NCBI GenBank assembly: GCA_907165135.1
Contig: OU015567.1
Coordinates: 6,386,001 to 6,450,000 of the forward strand
DNA from: Oikopleura dioica
Taxonomy: Eukaryota; Animalia; Chordata
Direction of reading: 5' to 3'
DNA: 64,000 bases
Shown: positions 13,257 to 24,972 of the stretch, in pieces
Numbering within the stretch: the first letter of the stretch is position 1
Layout of the letters: each line of letters starts with the position of its first letter
Notes under the pieces: model-generated
The model's input: only the letters and a program-made list of their open reading frames with translations
The model's database searches: none
Told to the model about the DNA's origin: nothing
Program-made: the position numbers and the translations under genes

Positions 13257-15917
13257 CTAAACAAGACAGCCAGGCCAGGAAATGAACGTAAGTCGCACCG
13301 AGTTGGCAGATAATAGATCTCTTATTTCTTCTTGACTGGAGTCGGTGATTTTGTTTCCATTTACGGCGAGGATTTCATCACCTGAGCGTAAATACGCGCT
13401 CGCTGCGGCTCCGCCCGGGGAGCAAAATTTCACGAGCACTGAAAAAATCGAATAAATCTCTGAAATTATCATCGTTTGTTTTTTTTTATTTACCTGGCTC
13501 GCTTTCTCCGCCGACAATGGACAGTCCGAGGCCGTGAATATCCTGACGCTTTATTGTAGTCTCGCGATAAATAATGAACTTTGGGGGCAATGCCAGCCAG
13601 TGCCGCCAAGTAGGGGACCAGATGTTGTTTCGGTAGGAAGCCATTTCTTCTCGATCTCGATGTTTATAATCGAACTGGAAAATTGAAATTATAATTATTA
13701 GAAAAACCTCTGAATTTACCTCGCAAAGAACGAGTTGAATTTCCTTCTCTTTCTTGGCAATATCTTTAAGCAGTTCAACAACTTGGTTGTGCCTCATTGA
13801 TCCGACCTTTTTCTTGTTGATTGAAACAATAAGATCACCAGGTTTGACCCTCCCGTCGCGTGCTAAAATCCCCGAGCGGGAGATCTCCAGCACAAAGACA
13901 GGCAAATCGCCGAGTATCGAACCCAGTCCACCGGCGACGCCAAGACCGAGGGTTTCACCCGGTTGTTTTCTAACAACAATCACTTTCTCCCTATGTTTAC
14001 TCTTGACAGTCGAGTATTGACGAGCAGTCACTTGGTCAGGAATGACCAAATGGGGACGATCAGGATTTGAGCTCATCGTCCGGGCGGTGCGGGATATTGA
14101 TAAATTAATTTTATCGTGATTTCTCAGTCGGGAGATTTCCTTTGCTGCTTCCTCGGAACTCCGAACAGCGATGTTGCCAACTTTCAGGAGATAGTCGCCG
14201 ACTTGGAGACGTTTGTCGTGGTAAGCTAGACTTTCAAAGAAGTTTTCAAAGTCGAAAATTCCTTTTTATAATCTTTTCGAAACCCCTTTCCTTCCAGGAA
14301 CGACTTCATAAATCACCACGCGATCCATGACATTGTACAACTTGACGCCAACTTGCTGATTCGGCGCTTTCGGGATCGTAAGCGTGTGTTTCTCCTCAAT
14401 ATCATAGCCGGTTTGTCGAACAAGACTGAGGATCAGTTCTCGTTTTTCTCGACCGATGACTTCCGCGCAGCTTTTGGCGAAAATCGTCACCGCTTCGGAA
14501 TGATTTAGTCCATCCATTGTTCTGCCGTTGATTTTCATTATTCTACGAATCATTAATACGAAATCCTCATGAAAATGCCTTACCTATCTCCAGATTTGAT
14601 CAACCCTACTCTACCAACAACAGTATCAGGCAAAACATGCTGAACAAAGATCCCTCTCAAAGGCGTGTCAGATCCCCCAACGATGCAAACGCCGCAAGTT
14701 CCAGTTGATTCCGAAACAGGGACTCTTATGTCAACGACTTTGTCGATCTTTGGCGATGTCGGCGGCGCTAGAATTTCACTTGAGAAGCTTTTAAGAGAAA
14801 GGAGGAACCTTGAATGACCATGTTTGAGTATCCACGATTGCTGCTTCCGAGCGAGTCGTCAGAAGTTTCAAGAGTGAAGGCGTCGTTCAAATTGGGTGTG
14901 GATCGAGAGTCGACTTGAGCGAGATTGTCGACGCTCCCAAATCTGGAATTTCGCGTCGATCGATCAACAAGAGAGCGCTGAGCTGGCGCCGTGTAAGTAT
15001 TTAGATTTGCTGCAACTGCTGCTGCTGCTGCTGGAGGTGGTGGAGCAGGACGTCTGGAGCCAGATCGATCGTCGGTGTTTGTTCGACGACTTTCTGAATT
15101 TGGCTTATTCGGGGTTTTCTTTAATTATGTTTCCGCTACCTTGGTAAATGTTAATTCTTTCAATATCCCTCTCGATCGCGGCTGCAATGTCGATGGCTGG
15201 ATCTGGACCAGCCAGATTCTCAACACTTCTCGATCTGTTTCTACCTTGCCTTCTTGAGGAAGAGCTTCCCTGATCCAAATTCTCTCTCGACCGACTTCTC
15301 CCTCCTCGATCAGAATTCAGCTGGTCACGTGATCTACTTCGCTGATCGAGTCGATCGCGGCTTTTCTTCCAACGCTGCGGCTTCAGACGATCTCGCGATC
15401 TTTCCCGGCCTCGGCTGTTTTGTTCGTAAGCGAAGTCATTTTCTCCGGATTTGAGCCTGTGCTTCGTTGGAGAAGATAAGGCAGCTTTTGAGGTGGGAGC
15501 TTCAGTTTTTTCTTCCGGCGGTTTGAGGCGGCACTTTGCCAGGTGATCGGAGAGGAGACTTCGTTCCGTTTGGTACTGGCATTTTGGACAGATTACTGTC
15601 ATTTTATCGCACAAGCGCCTAATATTTAATGGGTAGAGGTTGATTTGGAGCCCAAGGGTTTACCTCAGACTAAGAGAAGAATCCCTACAGTCAGTTACTG
15701 TAGCTGGCTTGCGATCCTGCGGACAGTGTGGCGTCTTCCTCAAGTAGGGAAGAATACATGCTCGGCAAAAAGTATGACAACATGGCAAATCTGTCGGATT
15801 CAAAAAAGGAGAGAGGCAAATCGGACAACACAAATCTTCATCCGCTTCTTGGACGAAATCGTAGACATGGGGTCCCTTGGGATGGGTAGCTGCGCAGACG
15901 ATACACTCGACATTCAT
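13257..15917 (-). CDS. LNX: Ligand of Numb protein X (RING E3 ligase with 4 PDZ domains)
   Basis: N-terminal CxxC motif and RING (CPICLSPF..PCCHTFC..C..CPQDRK), four PDZ domains (e.g. GETLGLGVAGG, GLGLSIVGG), and a C-terminus ISWPGCLV typical of LNX1/2. Confidence 0.9.
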
Positions 15918-15989
15918 GTACAAATTTCATTCATAATTTTCTAAAGCATAATCGTCAAAAAAACAGTAAGTTGAGGAAAAAACGAAGAG

Positions 15990-15997
15990 AAAAAAAA
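15990..15997 (-). terminator. Pol III oligo-T terminator of tRNA-Asp
   Basis: T8 run on the minus strand 2 nt after the tRNA discriminator base. Confidence 0.75.
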
Positions 15998-15999
15998 TG

Positions 16000-16071
16000 C
16001 TCCGTGTCGGGGAATCGAACCCCGGTCGCCCGCGTGACAGGCGGGAATACTCACCACTATACTAACACGGA
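16000..16071 (-). tRNA. tRNA-Asp (GTC)
   Basis: TCCGTGTTAGTATAGTGGTGAGTATTCCCGCCTGTCACGCGGGCGACCGGGGTTCGATTCCCCGACACGGAG: 7-bp acceptor stem, CCCGC/GCGGG anticodon stem, GTC anticodon, GTTCGATTC T-loop. Confidence 0.97.
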
Positions 16072-16157
16072 TCTGGGGAAGGTTCGAAAAAGGTACTATT
16101 TGAAATGATTCTAGGACATCGAAAATACAATTACCGCAGTTGCCAGTCGTTTTAGAG

Positions 16158-16260
16158 TCGGAATGTTATTAGATCAGATTTTCGCTCTCTAGAATGCCTA
16201 AAATGAAAAGATATTCTAGAGCATTCTAGAGAGCTTCAACCTGATCTGACAAAATTCCGA
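16158..16260. repeat. Imperfect palindrome / degenerate foldback MITE
   Basis: TCGGAATGTTATTAGATCAG pairs imperfectly with CTGATCTGACAAAATTCCGA; the inner CTCTCTAGAATGC/GCATTCTAGAGAG pair is perfect. Confidence 0.55.
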
Positions 16261-16692
16261 TAAATTTCAATTTAGCATTTGTTTTTATTCCTAAAAATAG
16301 CGTCACGATAATAACTATCTATTAAATTATTTGTCGGTCAAAAATTCTCCGGTTTCTCTCGCCGGCAAATGGTCAGTTCCAAAAAAATCATAAAAATATT
16401 TAAACGACGCACAGTGTTTTTGAGCGCTGCCAAAAACATCACTCAGACCAGCCACTTGATCTAATTCAATTTCGCCCGTCAGGGCCAAAAAGTAAAAATT
16501 CTTGATCAGACCGCGCGAACGGCCGCGTGCACTCATCGTTTACCAAATTACAAATTTGAAATTAGCCACAATTTCAAATATTATTACTCGTAAAGGAAGA
16601 ATCGTAAAAAGGAGCTTTTGAATGGTATAAACATGTAATCTTCAGAAAGAAAGGAAAAAAGAGATACTTTGAGACTCAGTTCGTAATTTTTT

Positions 16693-17555
16693 TTACAGAA
16701 ATTGAAATGCAGAAGAGGAGTTTTTCTTTTCCAATTGTAGGGTTAACAGCTGATCGGGCTCGGAGTCCTTGGCGTAGTAATAGCCACGGATGGCGCCGGT
16801 ACTTTTCGACAGGGCGATGTAGTAAAACCCTTCATACGAGGCACCTAGATATTTTTACTGTTTGAAAAGTGCAATTGTTTCAAAAATAGGGGGATCGAAA
16901 ATTATCGCAGTTTTAACCAATCAGAATGCTCAAAAACAGCCTCCAGCCAATCAGATTGCTAGATCAATTTCCATCGATTCCGAATCGGTTTCTTACCTTC
17001 AATATCCTTAACCCTATGATCCGGCAAGCAAAACTGCTCCTTCCACCTCATAAACAGCGCTGGCGACTCTTCCACCTTCGAATGATCAAAGTCGTCGTTG
17101 TTGAAACTTTCCTTGAAGCATTTGAATTCTTCAAACTTGCTCCAATGCGATTTGTCCTTTCCATAATCGACGTCCCATTTGCGCGTCAAGAACGAATACT
17201 TTTTCCCAATTATTTCTCCCGTAAAGAAAGTCTCGATTTCTGGATTTTTCTCCGTCAAGCCGCGAATTCTCAGCCGTCCGCACAGATTTGAATGCGTCCT
17301 ACAATGAAGAATGAAATGAAATTTAAACTTTTTCAGACCCTGACTCAGGTTTTTTACACAGGTTGCCGACCCCAGGCTAATAGACACTTACCAATTGATA
17401 TCATCAATTCTGACTTCGATATTGTAAGTGTTCTTTTGGGACTCTTGCTGGCCTTTGTAAAATGCACCAGGGTAGATATTCGAATCTATAGCTCCGTGAG
17501 GGGGTTTAAAGCTCTCCCCGAGACACAGATTCATTTCATCGTCGAAGCAAGGCAT
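16693..17555 (-). CDS. GID4: GID/CTLH E3 ligase substrate receptor GID4
   Basis: IYPGAFYKGQQES..NTYNIEV, CGRLRIRGLT..PEIETFFTGEII, LFMRWKEQF..PDHRVKDIEG, GFYYIALSKSTGAIRGYYY. Confidence 0.9.
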
Positions 17556-17624
17556 CTAAAATCAACCATTTAAAATCTCGTTTGCTTGAAGATAAATGGA
17601 GGAAAATGTTTAGTTGAACTTTTT

Positions 17625-20128
17625 CTAAGCAGTGAAAGAGCGAGAGCTTCTATGATACGCCAGCCAGCGACTTTTCAGCGCGGCGTATCGGTCAACAAAT
17701 GGAATAAAATTGCTTCTACTTTCGTGCTCTTCGATTTCTTGACCATGATCATCATCATCCTCGTCAGAGCAACTGGTGCTTTCTTCCAATTCAGAATCGG
17801 AGATTTCTGAATTTTTAGAAGCTTCTGATTCTCTTTGAATGATGCCGAAATCGAAATCGTCTTGGATAGCTTTTGGCATTAGCTTTTCTTCTTTCGGTTG
17901 AAAAACAAATTCAACAAAACATTTACTCTAAGATGCTTTTCAACAGTTCCTGGTATTTTCTCTTCGTCAACTTCTTCTTCCTTCTCATAATCTTTTTCGG
18001 AGCTACTTTCGGCCTCACTAGAATCGAGAGTTTCTACCTCATCTTCATCCTCATAATCTTCCTTTTCCCATTCTTTTTCTCCCCTTGGCTTGACCGTTCT
18101 CCTCCACTCCTTGAACTCCTCATCCGTCATCTTGTCAATCGAATCGAGCAACTTTTCCGTATCCGCTTCCGCCGAATTTTCCACCCTCGGCCGAGGAACA
18201 CCGAGCGTCTCCCAAATCGGCGGGATCCGATTCTCCGTGCTTCGATTTCTCCCTCCCCGAGCGAAGGGTGTTTGAAAGTCCAGTCGTTTCTTTACAGGTT
18301 TTCTTATTGGACCTGGTTTGCTTATTGGACTTAACTTTACTGCTTCGCTGGAACTCATGCAGTCGCTCAGGCTTTGATCCGCGGCATCGTGAGGCTTGGA
18401 TTCTTCGATCATCGGAACACCACCATTATCTTCATCCTCCCTCTCGTCCTCCTCTTTTTCTCCGATCTTCAGAATAATCGCATCACCAGAAGAACCAACA
18501 TTTAGTAACCCGTTCAAACTCTTTTCCGGACTTTCCGCTTTTTCTATTTCAATTTGCGGCATTTCTAATTGAATAGCTTCCGTTTCAATCGTTTCTTCTG
18601 GTCCCTTGAAATGCTCTTTTTCCTGTTCTTTGATCTTGTGTCCAGATTCCAAGCGATCGTTGATCGTTTTAACCAATTTCTGCTGATCCATGTGAACGAT
18701 TTCGTCATACTTCATAAACCTCGCGAAGTCCTTGTATCTCTCCAAATCAGCGTTGTTGATCGCGATTTGAATCGACTCCCCATGTCCGCCAAAACGCCCC
18801 GATCTTCCAACTCGATGGGACATGTTCGCATTGTCTTTTGACGGATCAATGTGGATGATCAAGTCGGCGTGGTGGGAATCTAACCCGCGGCAGGCAAGAT
18901 CTGTGGCGACTAGAATCGTCGTGTTCTTGTCGACTAGTTGCTCCCAGGCTTGAGTTCGGTCACGCTGGTCGAGTGAGCCGGAAAGGTGAAAATCAGGTTT
19001 TACAAATTGAAATTTTCATTCTTTACATGAGAAAAAGAGAGAAAATTTTAGCTTTTATAAAACCTTATCAAAGTATTAGACCAGCCCTTTGCATTCAAAT
19101 ACAACGAAGCACTTTGCGCAAAAGAATGCGAACTGGCAAAGACAAAGCACTGCTGAAATTTGATGCTTTCAATCAGTTCCAAAAGGATATCGCGCTTCTT
19201 CTCCACTTCCGGTCGGTATAGAATCGAATTGTAGACCTTCTGAAGACTAACGTTCTTTGAGCGGATCATAATTGGCTCGTGGCACTTCAGCTGGTGGAGC
19301 ATCTTTGGCAAATCATCGGGGAAAGTAGCTGAAGTGCAGATTGTTTGGAGCTTTTTCACGAGCATGCCATCTCGGATGTTTTTCAATTGATGCCTGTTTC
19401 AGAGTCTTTTTGAGGTAGAAGAAATGCGAGAAGCTGCTTGTACTTCAAGATTGCCAAAAGAAAAATCATACCTATCATCCCTCGAACTCGGAAGAGGCTT
19501 CTCGATTTTGACTTAAAAATGACCCTTTCATGAAATCCCTCACAGAAAGCAATTGATCAGCTTCGTCCAAGACCAAAATTTCCGTGCTTGAAATATGAAG
19601 CGCTCCTCGCGAAGCCAAGTCCAGCGTTCTTCCCGGAGTGCCAACGACAATCTGCGGCTTCTTGTGGTGAAGTTGGCGCTTTTGACTGACCATGGAATCG
19701 CCACCGATTGCCAGAAGAACTTGCGTCTTGGAGTTGAGAAGGGAGCAGAGAGTTGCGTGGATTTGGAGAGCGATTTCTCGTGTTGGAGTCAAAACGACGG
19801 CTTGGATTCGGTTTGATTCAAAGTTTACTTTTTCCAGGATCGCGATGCAGAAAACGAGCGTCTTTCCAGTCCCGGATTTAGACTTTTAAAAAAGTTAGAA
19901 ATCAATCTTTTTGAGAAAAAAAAGCACCTGAATGACGACATTTTTCCCAGTCAAGACACTCGGCAACGCTGCTTCCTGCAACTTCGATTGCCAAGTGTAA
20001 TTGCTCTTTGTCAGCGCCTTCATTAGCCAGCTTTTCAGGTAGAGCTGCTCAAAGCTCAAATTGGACCCGTGAACATCTCCGCTTCGCAAATGACCCAACG
20101 CATTTTGTCCTTTTCCATACGACGTCAT
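17625..20128 (-). CDS. DDX20: DEAD-box helicase DDX20/Gemin3
   Basis: N-terminal RSGDV signature, SKSGTGKT, PTREIA, GTPGR, DEAD, SAT, RGLD and HRVGRSGRFG motifs, plus a long acidic C-terminal tail. Confidence 0.85.
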
Positions 20129-20184
20129 TCTGAAAGTGCGACTTTTGAAGAGGAGGATAGATTTTGAAGAAGATTGAGAGGGAA

Positions 20185-20901
20185 TTATTCAGAAGAATTG
20201 AAATCGCCCGACTTTCCACCAGTTTTTGATTTGAGCTTCGTTTGCTTTTATCAGAGTTCGGGGACGAAAACCAATCAAAATGCTTAAAAAATGTCTTTAG
20301 CCAATCAAAATTGAAGAATTGAAAATATTTTTTCGACCAAATTTTTGTAATAAAAATTCTCATTTTTATTTTCTTTTCGAACTCTTTCCTGAATGACAGC
20401 AGTTTTGTCGACAGCTTTGACCATGTCATAAATCGTCAGCGAAGCAACAGAAGCCCCCGTCAGCGCTTCCATCTCAATCCCAGTCTTTCCAAAAGTCTTG
20501 GCGAAGCATTCGACCAAAATCGAGCAGTTTTCTTCGTCAAAATCAAAGGAAATGTCAACTTTGTCAATCGGAATATTGTGGCAGAGAGGAATCAGCTCAG
20601 AAGTCTTCTTGGCGCCTTGAATTCCGGCGATTCTAGCGACGGATAGAACGTCTCCTTTTGACAGCTGATTGTCGACTATCATCTGGTAGCATTCATCTGA
20701 GACTTTTATCGAAGAAAAAGCGACGGCAGTACGAACTGTTGGCAGTTTTTCGGTCACCTGTTAAAAAGGGATGAAGATTTTGAACATTTTTCTTGGAAAA
20801 ATGAATTATTTTCAATCCCTTTCCGAAACCATATTCGCTTTTCCAGCCGAATTGATGTGTGAAAATTTCTTCGCCGCAAGATTCGCCACTGTTCGCCTCA
20901 T
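20185..20901 (-). CDS. moaC: Cyclic pyranopterin monophosphate synthase (MoaC / MOCS1B-type), stand-alone
   Basis: Three exons: MRRTVANLAAKKFSHINSAGKANMVS | VTEKLPTVRTAVA..GDVLSVARIAGIQGAKKTSELIPLCH..EMEALTGASVASLTIYDMVKAVDK.. | QTKLKSKTGGKSGDF. Confidence 0.92.
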
Positions 20902-21364
20902 TTTTCGCTTCGTTCTTTTCCTCTGTCGAAGGTTTCAAAGTTCAAATTTTCGACCATTTTCTCGTTTCGCCATTTCCGACAAAATATTGGTTCGATCCTC
21001 GTTCTCCGCGCCAATTGGCTCGTTCCTTGGGCCACGGAGAATTGAATGTTAGTTTCAGAGTTTATGGCTTTTGGTTATTTTTTTCGTTGTTTAGAGAAAT
21101 GAACGCCATAATAACGGTAGATTTCAAGTTCAAGTGCGTTTTAGTGAAAGTTCGAAAAGTCAAAAGTTGAAACGAAAAGGAAGAATCGATCCTGGCTTAT
21201 TCATTTTATCAATAATTCGCGGCGAAAACAGATCGCGCCAATCCAGAGCGTTTCTATCGGGCCTACTTCCCTTCTTTTTCAATTTTTTTTACAACATTTC
21301 TTGAAGAGAAAAATCGTTTCCAGAATAACTGTTGTCTACGTGCTTTTTTATTTTGTCTATTTGA

Positions 21365-22438
<1,074 letters not shown>

Positions 22439-22811
22439 ACTCTTCAGAAAAAAATAAACAAAAAAGATAGATAAAAAATGCTTTACACTTGTTGTCTCCC
22501 GTGATCATTTTCTCGATGTTCGAAACGTCCAAACGTCGCCTAGAATCTTCTTTTCAATTCTCTAATCCTTTGAACCAACTTCACAGTATTTCATCTGACA
22601 GTAACAGTATTTCCCCTGTATTCATCCTATCACCCTTTTTATTCTACATGTAAGAATGGATCTCCGATTCTTCTTGGATAATTGCAATAATAAAATCAAA
22701 ACCGCTTCTGTTCAAAATTATTATCAACACACAAAAATCAACTATTGTTTTTTCGCAGATTATTCAGATGTCCAGGCTTTTCTCAAAAAATATCACAATC
22801 CCCTCCAGTCT

Positions 22812-22911
22812 GGGCTTAGCAACCTGTGTAGAAACCTGAGCCAGGGTACTGAAAACGTAAATTGAGTTCTGCAGAACCCTGACTCAGGTTTCTACACAGG
22901 TTACCGAGCCC
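22812..22911. mobile_element. 100-bp hairpin MITE with 36-bp inverted arms
   Basis: GGGCTTAGCAACCTGTGTAGAAACCTGAGCCAGGGT is inverted as ACCCTGACTCAGGTTTCTACACAGGTTACCGAGCCC. A single related arm lies at 17337-17373 in a GID4 intron. No TSD recognised. Confidence 0.65.
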
Positions 22912-23499
22912 ACCTTCAAGTTGCATTTTCTACGAGACCTCGAAAAGCTTCGCTTTTGTCAATTTGAAGCCAGTTTTGCCCGGGCATGTTCTCGTTTCGC
23001 CGATACGAGTTGTGCCTCTTTTTGAAGATCTGACTTTGGACGAGGTTTCGGATCTATTTCAAGTCGCTCAGAAAGTCGAGAAAGTTGTCAAAAGTGCTTT
23101 TCACGGGCAAGGGGATTAATTTTTCACGATTTTCTTGAGTTTTCGGCTCAAAAAACGATGGGCATGACGTGGCCATTAGTCAGCAAAACGTAAACACGTC
23201 GCTCTGTCCCCGGATGATCCCCCAAAAGAGACTCGTCGACGATTTCGGTTCAGAACGGGCCCGAAGCGGGCCAAACCGTCCCCCATGTTCATGTCCACAT
23301 AATTCCACGGCGCAAGAACGATTTTGAAAACAACGACGATATTTACTCAGAGCTCGAGAAGCATGATAAAGATGATAGAGCAGGGCGCACGGCAGAAGTC
23401 ATGGAAAAAGAAGCAGCAATGCTCAGAGCTCTTTTCAACTCTTGAAAGAACCTTCAGTTTCAACAGTTGGTTGGTGTATTTACAGTTGATGTGTTTTAG

Positions 23500-24300
23500 A
23501 TGCTGCTGTCGGCTCTTTTTATCGGAGCAGTTTCTGCAACCGACTTCGTAACATGCGGAAGTGTCATCAAACTCGTCAACAAAGCCTATACGATGAGACT
23601 TCATAGCCACGAGGTAAAAATCAACAGACTATCTTGATTCATGTACTTTTGCAGGTGACGTACGGTTCTGGCTCTGGGCAGCAATCAGTAACCGGTTTCC
23701 GCGGTGAGACAGATTCCAATTCGTATTGGTGGATCCGCGGAGCTTCTGAAGACAGCTGCAAACGAGGTGATTCAGTCATGTGCGGTAGTGAAGTGCTTCT
23801 TACACACATTAACACGATGAAAAATCTCCACTCTCATCATCACAGGTTTGCTCATTCATCCCTTTCTCATTAATCCAATCCCTTTTCATTATAGAGCGCC
23901 GCTTACGAACAATCAAGAAGTCAGTGCGTACGGCAACGACGGGGCAGGAGACGCGATGGACGTTTGGGAAGTAATTTGCGGAGGCAACAATCCCGTAAGT
24001 CCAGAACAACACCCGGGCCACCGGCCAAGCCTAATTAATTTCGCTTTCAAACGCCGTTTATATCCAATTAAACAGCCCCTAATCCTTGTTTATTCTCAGT
24101 GGCGACGAGACAGCGCGGTGAAACTGAAACACAAGGGAACGCAAAAGTACCTCGCTGCCAGCGGTCAACAATTCAACCGACCCATCAGCGGCCAAATGGA
24201 AATCGTGGCGCAGTCGAAATCTGGCGGAGCAACTGAGTGGAAAGTCGCCGAAGGTGTTTTCGTCTCTCCACCAACCCAAAGCGGACATGACGAGCTGTGA
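23500..24300 (+). CDS. SDF2L1: ER MIR-domain protein SDF2/SDF2L1
   Basis: Signal peptide, VTCGSVIKL..RLHSHEVTYGSGSGQQSVTG, three MIR repeats and a C-terminal HDEL. Confidence 0.88.
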
Positions 24301-24972
24301 TAATTAGACTACTCTTTCTTGAAAAATTCGCTCTTGCGAACAAAAAATCCACTTTCTGAACTTTCTTCTGAGCTAAAAAGATATCTGAAGCGTGCCTTTT
24401 TTGGACCCTGACTTCTTTTATGAAAATATTCCATCGTGCAATAAATTATAAGTGCGCTTCCTTCTCTGTTGAAGTTTTTTCTTTTAAAAATTCAAAGTAA
24501 AACAACTCTTAGTAAACTTGACCTAAATAATTGTAGATTTTTATTATTCTTTTATTCCCTTGTCATTGACTACAAAAAGTTCCACTTTTGAAAAAGAAAC
24601 AATTCAATACCGCAATAAATAAAAATCCGACAAGATAATAAGTGATCGTAAACTGATCTCCGTTTCTGAATCCGATTTGTGGTGTCGCATCCCGCCGAGA
24701 CGAGATAATCGATGATTTCAACTTTTTGAAAAGTGCGCCGGCCATCCCACTTGGCCCATAAAAATTCGACGTTGATCCTTTTACACAAACTTGTGACTGG
24801 CAGTGAGTGGATCCACTCTTATTCAACCCCCTTTATTCATTTTTTGTTTTTGATCGCTGTGTAGCCGCGGGAGAAAGAGAGAGATCAATTTATTGCTCAT
24901 TCAGAAGGCAGTTGAGAGGGAAACAGCCGAACGGACGAAAAATAATAAAAACAGATATAAAAAGAAAGAGAA

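Noticed and set aside
16327-16536. 69-aa minus-strand ORF between GID4 and the tRNA as an extra operon gene
   Set aside because: No acceptor before its ATG and no recognisable motif.
20185-20901. moaC as bacterial contamination or recent horizontal transfer
   Set aside because: It has spliceosomal-type introns, a leader peptide and host-like gene spacing. An older transfer cannot be tested without a phylogeny.
24563-24826. Short minus-strand ORFs between SDF2L1 and integrin beta
   Set aside because: No splice or homology support that I can see; could be promoter or UTR sequence.
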